This document shows, one piece after another, positions 10,020 to 22,740 of a stretch of DNA of 64,000 bases. The position numbers and the translations under genes were made by a program. The stretch comes from Trichosphaerium sp. ATCC 40318 (lineage: Eukaryota > Protista > Tubulinea). Positions within the stretch are counted from its first letter, which is position 1; every line of letters begins with the position of its first letter. The notes beneath the pieces are model-generated. The model was not told where the DNA came from. It searched no databases and saw only the letters and a list, made by a program, of their open reading frames with translations. The stretch covers positions 1 through 64,000 of the forward strand of contig JALMLS010000185.1 in NCBI GenBank assembly GCA_038496445.1. The letters are read 5' to 3'.

Positions 10020-13000
10020 TTAAGGCTGTTGAGGAATACAAAATGTTTTAACTATCAATTTTATTGAATTACAGATACAGCATGTGCTGCTGAAGGTGGG
10101 CCAGAATCACTTTTAAACGTTCCTAGTAACTTATCATACAATCCAGACTCCCTCATTAGTGTATTCCGAACATCATCAGCCAACTCGGTCAACTGTGTGA
10201 AAAGATGCTTTAAAAAAAAACCAATCAGCATATCAACTCGGAACATATTCGAAAACACTTCTTTTGTGGACTATGGTATTGTCCTTTTTGAGCTGATAGT
10301 TATATTTATACTTACCTCATAGTTGTCTGCTATGAAATTTAATAACCGTTTGCGCATACCAGTAAGCTGATAGGCATCAGCACGTTGGTAAATATCAATA
10401 CAATTGTCTTTTGTTAAGTTCAATATAACTTGCTCTTCCAAGTGATCTATAAGCATTATATGTATATAAGAGAAATCATCAGATAATCCATAGTATCCTA
10501 TAACAATAAAATAAATAAAAGAAAAAAAAATACGTAGGTCAGAAAGAAAGGCGGAAAGAAAAAATGAGGAAGAAAATAAGAAAAAACAAAGAAAGTAAAA
10601 AATTACTTACCAGCGTTCGCTAGTATCTGCAAACAAACTTCAACATCAACTATATGAGAAAACTCTCCACTGTAAAAGTAATACACAAGTGCTTGAAGAG
10701 CAGAATACGATATCCCATGCTCATCTAAACCAGGAAGTTTCATCATACCTAAAAAAAAAGTCAGAGAAAAACACACGCTTTGCTTCATTTGGAGTTGCCA
10801 CGAAGTGGGTACCTAGTTTAGATTCGGACATGCCAGACCGTAGAACACCAGCAAAGAATTCTGATCTACAAGATAACAAAGCTTTGTGTACTTTCAACTC
10901 TCTTCCTTCAATCTCAAGCACAAAATCGCTCATTTCACCGTTTGTTAAAAGTTTAGGCAAATGCTATAATAGAAGAACATCAGTAAACATATTACTTGTG
11001 ATTACTGGTTTTAAAAAGGGTAATATTGTTGTGTTTGTGTGGTGTACGTACAGATCCAAGTAGAGGTGTCTTACACTTGCACAGATCAAGTTCTATTCTA
11101 TAGGAGCAAGGATCACTTAATTCAACTTGTAGTAATCTATCCAGAAGCTTTGAATTATCCTTGTGTTCTTCTTTAAGCGGTGAAAACTTTTCTAAAAAAG
11201 AAATTACTTCAGAGTAACACAAACGTGGGCTTGTTATCCTCAAAGGTAGAAGCAAAAAATACAAAAAAAAAATTAAGAAGAAAAAAGCACGTGCCTAGTA
11301 AACTATTTTTGTTACTGCTCACCCAAGTAAGCAAAAAATCAAGCAAAGGTTGTCTATCAAAATCTGCAGCAACACCAATAGCTTTACAAATATTTGTGCT
11401 TGTTAAAGAAGTTGCAAGGTAGCTAAAATAAAGTAAAAAAAAGCGTCCCAAACACCACCTTTTTTTTCATGAAAACCACGTGACTAAAAGTTTTTTTATA
11501 CGTCCGAAATTTCTTCGTTTTCTTGCCACAAAACAAAATCACGTGACTGGCATTACAATGTGGAAATTATAAAAAATACCTATAGCAGTGTCGCGTGAGG
11601 CATGCAATTTTAAAATCGCTTGATAGACAAAGAAGTGACATTAAATCTCTTAGATCTCTGAATTCATCTGGAAACTGATGGCAATAGATAAACTCTAAAA
11701 ACTTCGTGAATGCTTGCTCTACAAAAACACTTAGTAAATACCGAACAACACTATATACTCTCTTTAAAGAGAGCACGTACGTGTAGTGATATCTGGTACA
11801 TTGTTGCCACAAAGCAATGATGGACATCGCGCTTGAATAATAGCTCTAAAGTCAAAATGTTAATAGTTTTGTTAGGAATGAGTCGGTGGTTTTTGTTTGT
11901 ACTTGTGAACATTAAATTCCCTTCCAGAAACTGTGAGAACATGATCTGAAAAGTCTTCTTCATTTAAAAGAGTACGCATATTCCATGATAACCAGTTGAA
12001 CGCCTCTAGAAAAGAAAATCTATCAGAAAAAAATACAAGAAGAAATTATCACATCTAAAGACGCAAAGCCTTTGTTATTTTTAGTGCGTACCTCGTGTAT
12101 TCAACATGTAAACATCATTATGATATCTATTATTTCCTGAATCGAATCCACCAAATACCCATAATTTATTTTTAATAGCTACTGTTGTATGGTACCTACA
12201 AGTCAATCAGTAAAAAAAATAAAAAACCAAAATACAAATAAAAATGTTACGCACCCACAAGGAGATGGTCGGCATCCAGGCGTTTCTTCTATTGTCTCAC
12301 ATGCTCTCCACTCTTTATGTGCTTTATTTCTGGTTAGTATTTTGAAAGTAAAAGTTGATAGAGCACGAGAAATTAATAGTTCGAAAAAATAGAAATATAT
12401 CTTAGTACCTATATCAAGCATGTACACGTCATTCAAATATACATTACCACCATGTCCACCAAATATTATAATTTTATCGTTCACAACACATGCAGTGTGA
12501 TTATCTCGACGGCGTGGTGCTTGACCAGTCACAGTCATTTTCTTCCATCTTAAATGTTCTATTGAAAGAAAAATTATACCCAAGCTACTGATTATGTTTT
12601 ATATCATAACCCAAATAGTTCCACATACCTGTCGATAAATGATAAACCTCATTAGCACTTTCTAAATCATTTGTATCACCATCACCGCCAAATATGTACA
12701 TACAACTGTTAACAGAATCTGGTTTAAAATTAGTCAACTTAAAAACACTTAAATTACACCACAGAGAAGCGAATTGTTATTCGAAAAAATATACTATCAC
12801 AAGCGCAGATAGCAAGTACATCCTACTACTTAATTTTCGAGAAATCAAAGGCCAAATAGGTCAAAGAACTAGCGCACAAACAATATTTTTTTGGTTTTTT
12901 CGAATGTTTTTTTGGTACGTTGAAATGGAACGTACTCGCTGTGTGACTGTGTCTTGGTGCAGGAATTGTTCCATTAACACTAGATTTTGTCCAAACCATA

Positions 13001-14210
13001 GTCTCTATATCCACATATTAATAACACACAAAATACAAAGAACATACGTGTGTTTAATATATGTACTTCACCAAAAAAATGAGAGTTCTCTTTAAATCCT
13101 CCAAAAAAAAGTATATTACGACCTAAGCTTACAGAAGTATGATAACTCCTTGGATATGGTGTTGGTCCCTATATTAAAAATAAAATCAGTTTCAAAACAT
13201 CCAATACAAACAGATAGTTAAAACGTGAAGAACAAACACAAACTTTTCGAAAAAAAACTTTTTTCGGTTTTTTTTTCCGCACCGTAGTCTCCCCACGTGT
13301 CCAATGAAGTTCATCTGGGTTTTGCTTAACATTTAGTATATATAAGTCATTAAAACGCTCTCCACCATAACCACCAAACACAAAAATCTTATTACCAACA
13401 ACGCAAGTAGACTGACCCTAAAAAAACCAAAAATAATCAAAACCAAGAAATTCTTTTCAACTAAAAATCCCCTAAAGCCCGCAAAATCCCTAAATAACAA
13501 ATCACATACCTTACGAGGCCTAGGTATATCCCCAGTAGCCTTAACGCAACGCCATTCTGGAGTTGGTGACCCTTGAAGGTGTCAAAAAAACCAAAGTAAA
13601 TAAATCGGTTTAAACGTTATATTATAACGCTTGGCGCATATGTCATCATTTATAAAGCATTTTGGGATGCTTTAAATAAAAATAATAAAAAAAATACGCA
13701 CAAGTGTCTAGAATGTATATAACATCCATTGGATAGTACCCAGAATCACCGTCTCCTCCGAATATATACATTTGCTTATGAATTGCGCATGCACAGTGGT
13801 AATAACGGTTCTCTGGTTTTTTGCCTTTTGTCTTTACATTCATCCAAATCATCTTTGGTACTGGTATTTAAAACCAAGGTTAGCTAAAAGGAATAGAAGG
13901 AACGAATACGTTAATTTCTTTTTTGATTGTCCGCCGTACGCTGTGATTTGTTAGATGGCTTCTCATCTGGTTTTTCTATACGTTGGGCACCTATTGTAGG
14001 TGCGGTACGCTTTCCGGATGATAAATCATTTCGCTTTTTTGGTCTAACAGGCGTAGTAACAGCTGGTACAGTAGCTACGTTTTCATCAAACTTCTTTGCG
14101 AGTATAAAATCAATTGCTTGGTTAACACTGAAATTATTAAGCTTTAATGCTTCTATAGCAGCATTAGGGCCAAAACCCATGCCAACAAGCATCTCTATTT
14201 TCTTCTCCAT
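10020..14210 (-). CDS. UBA + Kelch repeats + tandem BTB/BACK protein (LZTR1-like architecture)
   Basis: UBA: IEMLVGMGFGPNAAIEALKLNNFSVNQAIDFIL. Kelch blades: RYYHCAC..MYIFGG, PRRRDNHTACVVNDKIIIFGG. BTB: SDFVLEIEGRELKVHKALLSCRSEFFAGVLRSGMSES. BACK-like: LTKDNCIDIYQRADAYQL. Many introns. Confidence 0.85.
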
Positions 14211-14468
14211 CGTTTTTGGACGCAAGAATGCGTGTGGCGTTCAAAGAGAGACTATTTTCTGAATGACGTCAGTCTGAAAATTCGTTTGCTTTTTACAAAC
14301 CATTCTACACTCTTTCAACATGTAGTATGTGAAGCCTAAAGTAACAAAACAAGCATAATAGTTTATTTTATAATAGTAGAGCCCTGTATTAAACGTATTT
14401 AATCCCAGGTAGCAACTACAGTATTTACATACAAAAAAAGAACACCTAATGGTGTATTTAATGACATC

Positions 14469-15883
14469 TTAAGCGTCTGGTGATGACGCTTTCCAAGTTT
14501 CATAATTATCCTTCAACACGTCTGTAAACGTGTATAACCCTTTTGCCTACGCACTCGTAAGCCAAATATCGTAATGACACAACTCATAAGCTACGTACAG
14601 TAGAATTAACTACAACCGTTGGCAAAGCGCCTACAGGATCCAAATGAAATAATCTGTACGCCTTTGTATCGTTTACACCACAAGGCTGGAACAAAAACGC
14701 GCTTTGTGAAAAAAAAAATAGTCAGAAAAAAATGTTCTGAGAAAGTTGGAGACGTTTTGGAGTGTACCTGATGATTACATTTGCTCTGACATATTCCTTG
14801 GGAGATCCTTCAAAATCATCTTTTTTAATAGACTTGAATACCAGGCAACAAGTGCCATCTGGTTCCTGTAGAAAAGGAGTTAAGACATTGTTGTTTCAAG
14901 AAAAAAAAAAAAAAAAAAGCAATCAAAACTTTGGTTTTTCTTTCCAACTTAGCGACCAGCTGTAGTGTATAATCGATAGAACAAGTGTTTAGCTAACCAT
15001 TAAACGACGATTTTTTCAAAAAAAATAGATCAGAACAGCACCATCGCTGCAAACATGAAATGTTGATGGATTTTTTTTCCTTTTTGCAATTTCGTACCTC
15101 TGTTTTGGACATTACTGCTAATACTTCTCTTGGCCATAAAGGCCATTGAAGCTTACTAACCTACGTCGTTTTAGCTCTTTTTACTTGACACCACAAGTAG
15201 TCGTTACTTGGTAAATGATGCGAGTAGAAGGATCGATATCTTCTACAATATCCCATTTCATCAATGTACCGTCATAATTCCACTCTTCGTGTCGGAATGA
15301 CCATAGCATATCTGCAATTAACGAACAAGTTAATTCACGTTAAATCAAGTACTAAACATTCTGTTGTGCGTCTGGGAGCGTTGTTCGATAACTTTTAAGC
15401 GCTCAACGTAGTTTTAAGCTTTTTTTTTTGAATATAAAGCAATAGATCAAACAACGTGTGGTGTTGAGTGATCAATAAGACAGCGTAAAAAACCAGTTGG
15501 AAATTGTTTTGTTTCAAATAAGGAGTTATTGATTGCTTTACCTAGTAACTCCTTTGGATTGATACCATTAATCATTCCAAACGATCTAAAACAATGGACA
15601 GCGACACCTAACATTTTTTTGTAATTTAGCGCAACGAAATAGGCAATGGAGAGCGTATATAACCTTCAAAGTGCTTAGATTGGCCAGTTCTTCCTTCTCG
15701 TTTGAATGTCTCTTTCCATCCCTTATTTTCGGCTATCATATGCTAATACGCAGTATAAGCCTAACTACTCGACTACAGTTCGCGCAACGTCATTACTTTT
15801 GCTTTTTCAAGTGTTTCTTGCGCAATTTGCTTGTACATTGGTGTAGCATCTGGCACCTGCGATACAGTACTTTCTTCAGCCAT
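14469..15883 (-). CDS. START-domain lipid-transfer protein
   Basis: Spliced model ...GWKETF...INPKELLDMLW...WDIVEDIDPSTRIIYQ/VSKLQWPLWPREVL...YVRANV...RLFHLDPVGALPTVVVN...SPDA*. Confidence 0.8.
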
Positions 15884-16539
15884 GTTTTCGTCGTTAACAA
15901 CAGTTGTAGACTAGAATAGTTAAGGCAAGTCAACTCTTTCTAATAACGTCATACAAAGCCCCAGTGACTGTATCAGTCAAATGTACAAGTGTTGGAATTG
16001 TTCAGCCAAATTGATCAAAATAGAAAAAAACGTGACTTTTTTCGTTTAGTTGTACCATGCAAACCATTCAATTGTTGCAGTCTACTGGACACACTGTCAA
16101 GCAAGTCCTAATGTCTAACTTTCACGTGATACAATCTACGAACACATATCAACATTCCTTGTGTACAGGGTTAAGGCTAAACAACGTGAACTTCTACTGT
16201 TATTTGTTTAAAACACTACAAAACCCAGTTCACATTTGTACAACATTTTCGCTTGATTACGTCTGACATAGTGTTGATAGGCTTCAACAAGAGTGAACAG
16301 TGTAGGATAACAGGTAGCCAGTAGGGTTGCCTTAGACACTCTCAGCTGTTATTCAAATTATGTCATTGGTAGTATATTGTCATGTGGCAACGCTATCTCT
16401 TGTACCATATTCCGTGGTACTGATCCACTAGAAAACAGTGATCTAAACTTCTGATGTGACTGTAGGTATATTATCCTTGCTTTTAGCTAGAAAGTACTTA
16501 CAGAAATACCATTTTTACTTTGCCTATTACTTACAAATG

Positions 16540-16680
16540 CAGTACATTCACGGACCAGAATCGGATTTTGAACGAATAGAACTGGGAAACTAATGTGTCA
16601 AATGGCGTTGGTTATTGCAACTGACAAAGATAGATTATATGCAACAGGAAAGCGTTGTAAAATAGTTGCAAGTAAAACTT
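16540..16680 (+). pseudogene. Degenerate 3' fragment of glutaminyl cyclase carried in a segmental duplication
   Basis: aaagatagattatatgcaacaggaaagcgttg (KDRLYATGKR) and cagtacattcacggaccagaa match the reverse complement of 52535-52745. Confidence 0.65.
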
Positions 16681-16752
16681 AAGGCAAACTTTGTAAAGAG
16701 TGGTGTTGGTAACACCAGGAACAATCTACAAACCCACGTAATTGGTACTAGC

Positions 16753-18151
16753 TTAATAATCAAGTCGCTTTATTATCATAGATGCTAACAGAATAAAGGT
16801 TTCTGTAACTGCAACAATAAAGTTAGACACTTGTATGTGTTGATGTAAACATACCATTGATTGCATCTTTGGAAGATATTTCAAAAAACTCCATCTTGTA
16901 TGCACTAGCAAATTCCTATTGTATTTTTAACACTTTAAGGAAATGTTAGGATGAATGTATTACCTGGGCAATATCAGTATCAACAGCACGTTCTTCAATG
17001 AGATCACTTTTTGTTCCAACAAGTATTGTTTGGGCATGCTGTTCTCCACTTCTTTCAGCCTCTAGACGCCACCGTTTTGCATCTTCAAAGCTCTGTTGGT
17101 TTGTAATATCATACAATATTAAAACCCCTCCAGCACCTCTATAAGGATTGGTACACAGTGTTCGGAATCTCTCCCTACCTGATAAAGACAAAACCATGTT
17201 AAAACAGAATCAACATTCAAAAAGGAGACTGGTCCACATCACCACAAAGTGTGAAAAGCTCACCAGAGGTATCCCAAATTTGTAGTTTAACAGTCTTATC
17301 ATACACTTTGATTGTTTTTACTTTCTACACACTATAAATTATATGGCGCTGTTTTAGCCTCAAAGGAGGTGTTTCTATTGTATGGCCTTGATTAGAGGTG
17401 GTCGCTAAAAGGCTACAAACTTGAAACGGCTAACCGACTAAGAAAAATAAGGGAAAACAAAATCCATTTTTTTGCTTGATACTAGGCATTATACCTATGT
17501 ATCGAACATAAAACGAATTTCAAAGCCATAAAGAGCATGTAGAACTTTAAAAAAACCATGTGTACCATGGTACAACACCAACAAAATCTCACATTTTTAA
17601 AAAGTTAGCAGATTACAGATCTTGCTGCTGAGTCTCTTAGCCGTCTGTTAACCAGCTTAGCCGGGACCACGACCACCTCTTATGACATAATTTTTGTGAC
17701 ATAGTGAGTTTATGTGGTGGTAAAGAATGGATTATGTGCCTTTTGAGGCACCACGTGTATTGTAACGTACAAACTCAACACCAATTGTGGAAATGGGTGA
17801 TTCGGTAAATGTGTCATCAACGAATCTAAGTATAATACTACTTTTTCCAACACCAGAATCTCCAGCTAAAACTATTTTGAATAAATAATCACTAATAACG
17901 CATCAGTAAACGGAATGAGCCATGAGGAATGTACTAGTCTGGTTTTGGCCCGTTTGTAGCCGCTGGAACTACTATAAGCTTGTCAGTCGCTCGAATACTG
18001 TAAATAGCAGAAAAAAAGCCCGAAAAGTAGTTTGATGGTTGTTGTAGTCCTCTGTAAGTTGGAAAGCAAAATATGCAGTAATCAAGTTAAACAGTCAAGT
18101 ACCTTTTTCTTGTTGTTTGGCGTGACTCTTTTTACTGCTTTTAACACCCAT
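16753..18151 (-). CDS. Divergent Rab1-derived GTPase, N-terminal MGVKSSK, no C-terminal Cys
   Basis: [42 protein letters not shown] / [19 protein letters not shown] / VGTKSDL / EISSK / ...IIKRLDY*; exon 2 boundary uncertain. Confidence 0.85.
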
Positions 18152-18981
18152 TGCTGTTTTTATTTGGTTTTTGCAAGCTTTCAAAGAATTGTATTTGACT
18201 GTTCCTGCCTTACCCGTTGAAGTTATGGTCTTTTTGCTAGTACATTGTGTTTAGCTCTAAAAGAACCACAACAACGAACCTAAGAATCTCCTTCAGCGAT
18301 GAACCTTATTTAGAACTCATACGCACAGTATGGTTTTGCGCTACTTTTCGGCAAGTGCAGGTAACAGATTAAGATAAAGATATCATAGCGGAGGATACTG
18401 TAGTTAACTAAAAGCGAGACGCATCACAACGTGATTTCTTCAAAATACAACTTAAAGTCAAATGTTCGAAGTTGAAAAAGTAGCGTGACCTGTGTTTGGT
18501 GTTACGCCAAGAGTTGTAAACCTAGCAACTTTATCTCCAAACAAGGGTGTTACAACGTGTATGTTTGTTTCAATTACTTCTGTGTTATGAAACGACATGC
18601 TTATCAATACTACTAGAATGGTTGACTTCATTCGGCTGTGATGATCTTGTATTTATCTGTTGGCTATCACATTCCAATGCGTGATAGTGTACGCCATGGT
18701 TTGCTGAAAACTTACAAGTTCTGTCAGATGCAACGGTAACAAAAATTCACCAGTATTTTTATGGTTACAATAATCACGTGTCAAGCCATGAAAACTCGCA
18801 ACAATTGGTTCAAAAGCTTGAAAAATCGATATTTCCTGTTACAAGCGACTCTCTTCTGTATAAAGACGCTAGTTAAAGGAGTTAAGAATTTTCTGGTTTC
18901 TTCTAAGATCCCAATGAACAAAAGCCAGTCAATCAAGATCCATATTCGTTATTTGGGTTTTTATTGAGAAGAAACAACACT

Positions 18982-19992
18982 ATGAACCTCAACGATGATA
19001 TTGAGCCTACAGATGGTATCAATGAACTTATCAAGTCATTCCGCCGACTGATAATAATGCAAGCCGTACGCATGCCACACTACAGTATTTGTAAAGTAAT
19101 ACACTAGCTTCTAAAGATCGAAAACCTCATCCTATTTTTTTGGGTTTTTGTTGTTGTTCATAGGTTTCTTCCTTTAGGCGTTCTCTGTTGCCACTCAAAT
19201 AGTATCATTTCTATTTTATTGTCTTGGAGCATACACCCAATTGTATTTTATTCCGTGGTACTGATAATGCTAAAGAAAACGTGATGTAAATTTCTAATGT
19301 TACTGTAGGTACTTCATCCTTATGTTAACTTACTGTGTTACTCTTAAACTTTTCCGTTCAGTTTATCTGTTCTGGCTTGTACGTTTTTTAGTGTTGCTCA
19401 TTTTTGTTATGAAACGCCATGCTGAGTAATACTAATAGAACGGTTGTATTCATTTCATTTGTTTTGTTTTGTATGTTGTTGTATTGGTTTTCACTGTCCG
19501 AGAACGTGAATGCTCAAAAGTACACTTATTGTTTGGATGGCTTGTTGCGCTTCTAGAATGCATGTGTATTTTCTGTAGCTTTTGGATTTGCAATAGAATC
19601 CAAGCTGAGGTACCACGTGCTCTTTTTTTTTTATTCGTATTTCATCAGTCATTTACAGTCTTTCAAGGATAAATCAGCAGGAGAGTCTTCATCAAAAGAG
19701 GAAGCGTATCAAGGCGCAAATGTACATATTGATTTAAAGTTGTCACTACCATTTCACCAAGCATTTTCGTAGGATAAATCACAGTTGAATCATGATGTTG
19801 AAGACTCTCCGTCAAACAAAGAAGTGCCTCAAGAACAAAATGTACAGAGCGAGTTTATCTTCTTTCTGTACCAGTGTCTTCTAACCAATTTTTAGGAGCG
19901 AACACACTTGTTTTTTTATAGAACCAGAGCCACTGCAGATACTCCATCTTCATTGCAAATAGGTTACGCTACATGGATTACCTTACAGTAAT
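18982..19992 (+). CDS. 4-TM membrane family copy D (may carry a frameshift; 3' end approximate)
   Basis: MNLNDDIEPTDGINELIKSFRRLIIMQA / ...W / YFILMLTYCVTLKLFRSVYLFWL / NGCIH...CIFCSFWICNRIQAE / repeated short acidic exons. Confidence 0.6.
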
Positions 19993-20441
19993 ACCTATTG
20001 GTACAGTACATATACTGAAAAAATTGAAAGAAACCAAAGAGTAGTTCAATAAATTGATTGTGTTGCTGTTCCTGGCTTTTCTCTCTTGTAAGATATAACA
20101 TATCTGCGTTCTTGCTAGAGGGTATATTATGTATCCGATATAGAAGTGTCAGAGACTACAGGGCCTTCCAACAGGCATGATACCCAAACAGGTTCTGAAC
20201 TTGTGTGAGAATCTCCTTTTGTACATCTTCGTCTTCCCAGGTGCTCTTCAGCAGTACCCCTTCAACATTGCAAACGTATTGTGTATAGAAACATGTTCTA
20301 AAAGGATGTATCCTCAGCTCACATGATGCTAAAGTACCCTTTATGAATGTAACTCACTCGAGAAAAATTGTGGAAAAAAGTTGACTTCTAGCAAGACAAA
20401 AAGATACCTGTTACAACATCACAAGCAACAGCTCACCTATC

Positions 20442-20840
20442 ATGAATTTATACGGAGTATCAGTAGAAAACAGTCTTGAATACTATAGCAAGCATCACAG
20501 AGAAGTGTATAGTAAAATTATGGCAAAACAACACCAAATATTCATAAAACACGTTGAACGTATTGTCACCGCTGTAAATACAAGCTTTCTCAAACAACTG
20601 GACGAAGTACTGTTACAATACACCAATCCAATAGCTATTACGACAAATAAGCGCTCAGCACATTCAAGCGATTATGAGTCACATAAACGCAAACAAAAAG
20701 AGACGCACGTTCAACAAAAGTCATCAAAATTCTTTTCCCTTTTCAGCGGTTTACAACAACAAGTGGTTTTCTTTTTGTATCTTTCTTTCAAGCTGTTTTG
20801 CAGCATTTTATTTCCCTCCACATGTCATGGTATTCGCTAA
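20442..20840 (+). CDS. Unknown ORF, possibly a 5' exon of the downstream F-box/LRR gene
   Basis: 132-codon ORF with ATG; an AG acceptor at ~20855 precedes the F-box frame. Confidence 0.35.
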   Translation: MNLYGVSVENSLEYYSKHHREVYSKIMAKQHQIFIKHVERIVTAVNTSFLKQLDEVLLQYTNPIAITTNKRSAHSSDYESHKRKQKETHVQQKSSKFFSLFSGLQQQVVFFLYLSFKLFCSILFPSTCHGIR

Positions 20841-20863
20841 CATTTACATTTAACAGGACACAA

Positions 20864-22234
20864 ATGACAGTGCAAAAAGAAGAAGAAGTGAAGAAGAACA
20901 TCATTTACTTCCCTCCTGAAATCATTTCAAATATTCTACATCACGTGGATGACAAAGATTTATTTCCTGTTGCTCAATCATGTCATTTTATGGCTGATAT
21001 TATTCATGATATTGTTGGATACAGACAGGTTTACCTCAAGCGATACTCAGATATTTTAAAGATAAGACATTACAAGGGTATCATGAATAATACCGTAGTT
21101 CAGATGGACAATATGAGGGATACTACAATATTTTCATTACTTGCTGGCTGTCGTAAACTAAAAAGATCACAAGAGAATGACTGTGTGAATGATATTGACT
21201 TGAAAGCAATAGTGGATGTAAGACAACCAAGCTTTATTGATGTTGGTGGTTGTACTAATGTGACAGATAAAGGTATCAAAGCACTTGCTGGAGCTCATAC
21301 CATTGACATTAGTGGTACTAAAGTGACAGATGAAGGTGTCAAATCACTTGCTGGTGTACATACCGTTAATTTGTCTGAAACATCAGTCACAGACGAAGGG
21401 TTAAAGGCACTCAGTGGAGTACATTCCATTAAGTTATCAGGTTGTATTGACGTGACAGATGAACGCATTAAGGCACTTGATTCAGCTCATAAAGTTAGCC
21501 TTTATGGATGTTTTAGGGTTACAGATGAAGGTATTAAATTACTTGCCGGAGTTCATACTATCAACTTAGGCCAATGTGATAAAGTTACAGATGAAGGCAT
21601 TAAAGCACTTAGAGGAGTACATAAAATTGAATTACCTTGGTGCACAAATGTTACAGATGAAGGCATTAAAGCGTTTGCTGGGGTTCATACCATTAACTTA
21701 TCGTATTGTATTCAAGTGACAGATGATGGCATTAAAGCGCTCAGAGGAGTACATAAAATTGGATTAGCTAGATGCACACAAGTTACAGATGAAGGTATCA
21801 AAGTACTAAAAGGAGTTCACACTATTGACCTTGAAGGGTGTAAAGTGACAGATGAAGGTATTAAAGCACTAACAGGAGTCCATACTATTGACCTTACCAG
21901 TTGCCAACAAGTGACAGATGAGGGTATAAGATCACTTGCTGGAGTACATAGTATTAGCCTTATTGATACTTCAGTAACTAATGAAGGCATTAAAGCACTT
22001 GCAGGTGTACATACTATTGACCTTGTTAATTGTAATCATATCTCATATGCGGGTGTTAAAGGTGTACACACAATTTCTGTTAATCAAGCTGCTGTAACAG
22101 ATGAAATTTTAGAAACACTACATCAAGGAGGAGTTTGTTACATTGTAATCTGGCAAGACTATGATGATGATTTTGTTGTATTTGAATCTATAAAGAGGCT
22201 AGAAGGAGTAAAAGTTAAACGGGAGTGTTTGTGA
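20864..22234 (+). CDS. F-box + LRR protein with ~12 GVHTI repeats (start uncertain)
   Basis: IYFPPEIISNILHHV F-box; uninterrupted VTDEGIKAL.GVHTI.L repeats; C-terminal cap. Confidence 0.9.
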   Translation: MTVQKEEEVKKNIIYFPPEIISNILHHVDDKDLFPVAQSCHFMADIIHDIVGYRQVYLKRYSDILKIRHYKGIMNNTVVQMDNMRDTTIFSLLAGCRKLKRSQENDCVNDIDLKAIVDVRQPSFIDVGGCTNVTDKGIKALAGAHTIDISGTKVTDEGVKSLAGVHTVNLSETSVTDEGLKALSGVHSIKLSGCIDVTDERIKALDSAHKVSLYGCFRVTDEGIKLLAGVHTINLGQCDKVTDEGIKALRGVHKIELPWCTNVTDEGIKAFAGVHTINLSYCIQVTDDGIKALRGVHKIGLARCTQVTDEGIKVLKGVHTIDLEGCKVTDEGIKALTGVHTIDLTSCQQVTDEGIRSLAGVHSISLIDTSVTNEGIKALAGVHTIDLVNCNHISYAGVKGVHTISVNQAAVTDEILETLHQGGVCYIVIWQDYDDDFVVFESIKRLEGVKVKRECL

Positions 22235-22740
22235 TAAGATAAACTTCCATTGACAATTAAAGACAATCAGTGCTTTGTCTTTGCTATCCGTAATTGTAAA
22301 AATAAAGAAAGAAAAACACTCTGTTGTCCCCAGAAAAGTTGCAACAATATATTTCGGCTGTAATAGCTTTGTACACTCAACAATACAATGTGTTCATTTG
22401 TAAAAGTTTGACACGTGACTTATATGGATGGATCTTGATACACAAAAATGATTGTTAACAAGGTTTTTTTGTGTACTAGTATTTGCTTATGGTAGTTTTT
22501 TGTTTAAGGGGCCCTTAACCTGTTTTCTTTTAGTTTCAAAGAACCAAAACATGCCTTAACAGAGTTCGGAGACTCTGACTTATGACACTAATACCAAGGC
22601 GATTAACCTATCACGTGATAATCTTATAAGCTTTAAAACCATGTTACAAGTTAAACCACATGTTTATTACAATACAACTAAACCTGAAAAAGATTTATCA
22701 ATCCTTTACTTTCTACTGATCGCCGAATAGTTTCGTGATG

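Larger units (their letters stand above)
16540..18570. repeat. Inverted segmental duplicate of ~50340-52745
   Basis: Upstream DNA, Rab exons and introns, and downstream QC tail all match the reverse complement of the 50-52.7 kb block, with internal indels. Confidence 0.85.

Noticed and set aside
20040-20345. Cys-containing stretch faintly like a TnpB/Fanzor C-terminus
   Set aside because: Multiple stops, no convincing RuvC motifs and no element ends
21240-22030. Regular ~70-75 nt periodic repeats (acagatgaagg) superficially CRISPR-like
   Set aside because: They are in-frame LRR coding repeats in a eukaryotic gene
22490-22562. Short match to 9062-9125 (gaaccaaaacatgccttaacag)
   Set aside because: Likely a scrap of Rab upstream sequence left by duplication; no coding remnant follows
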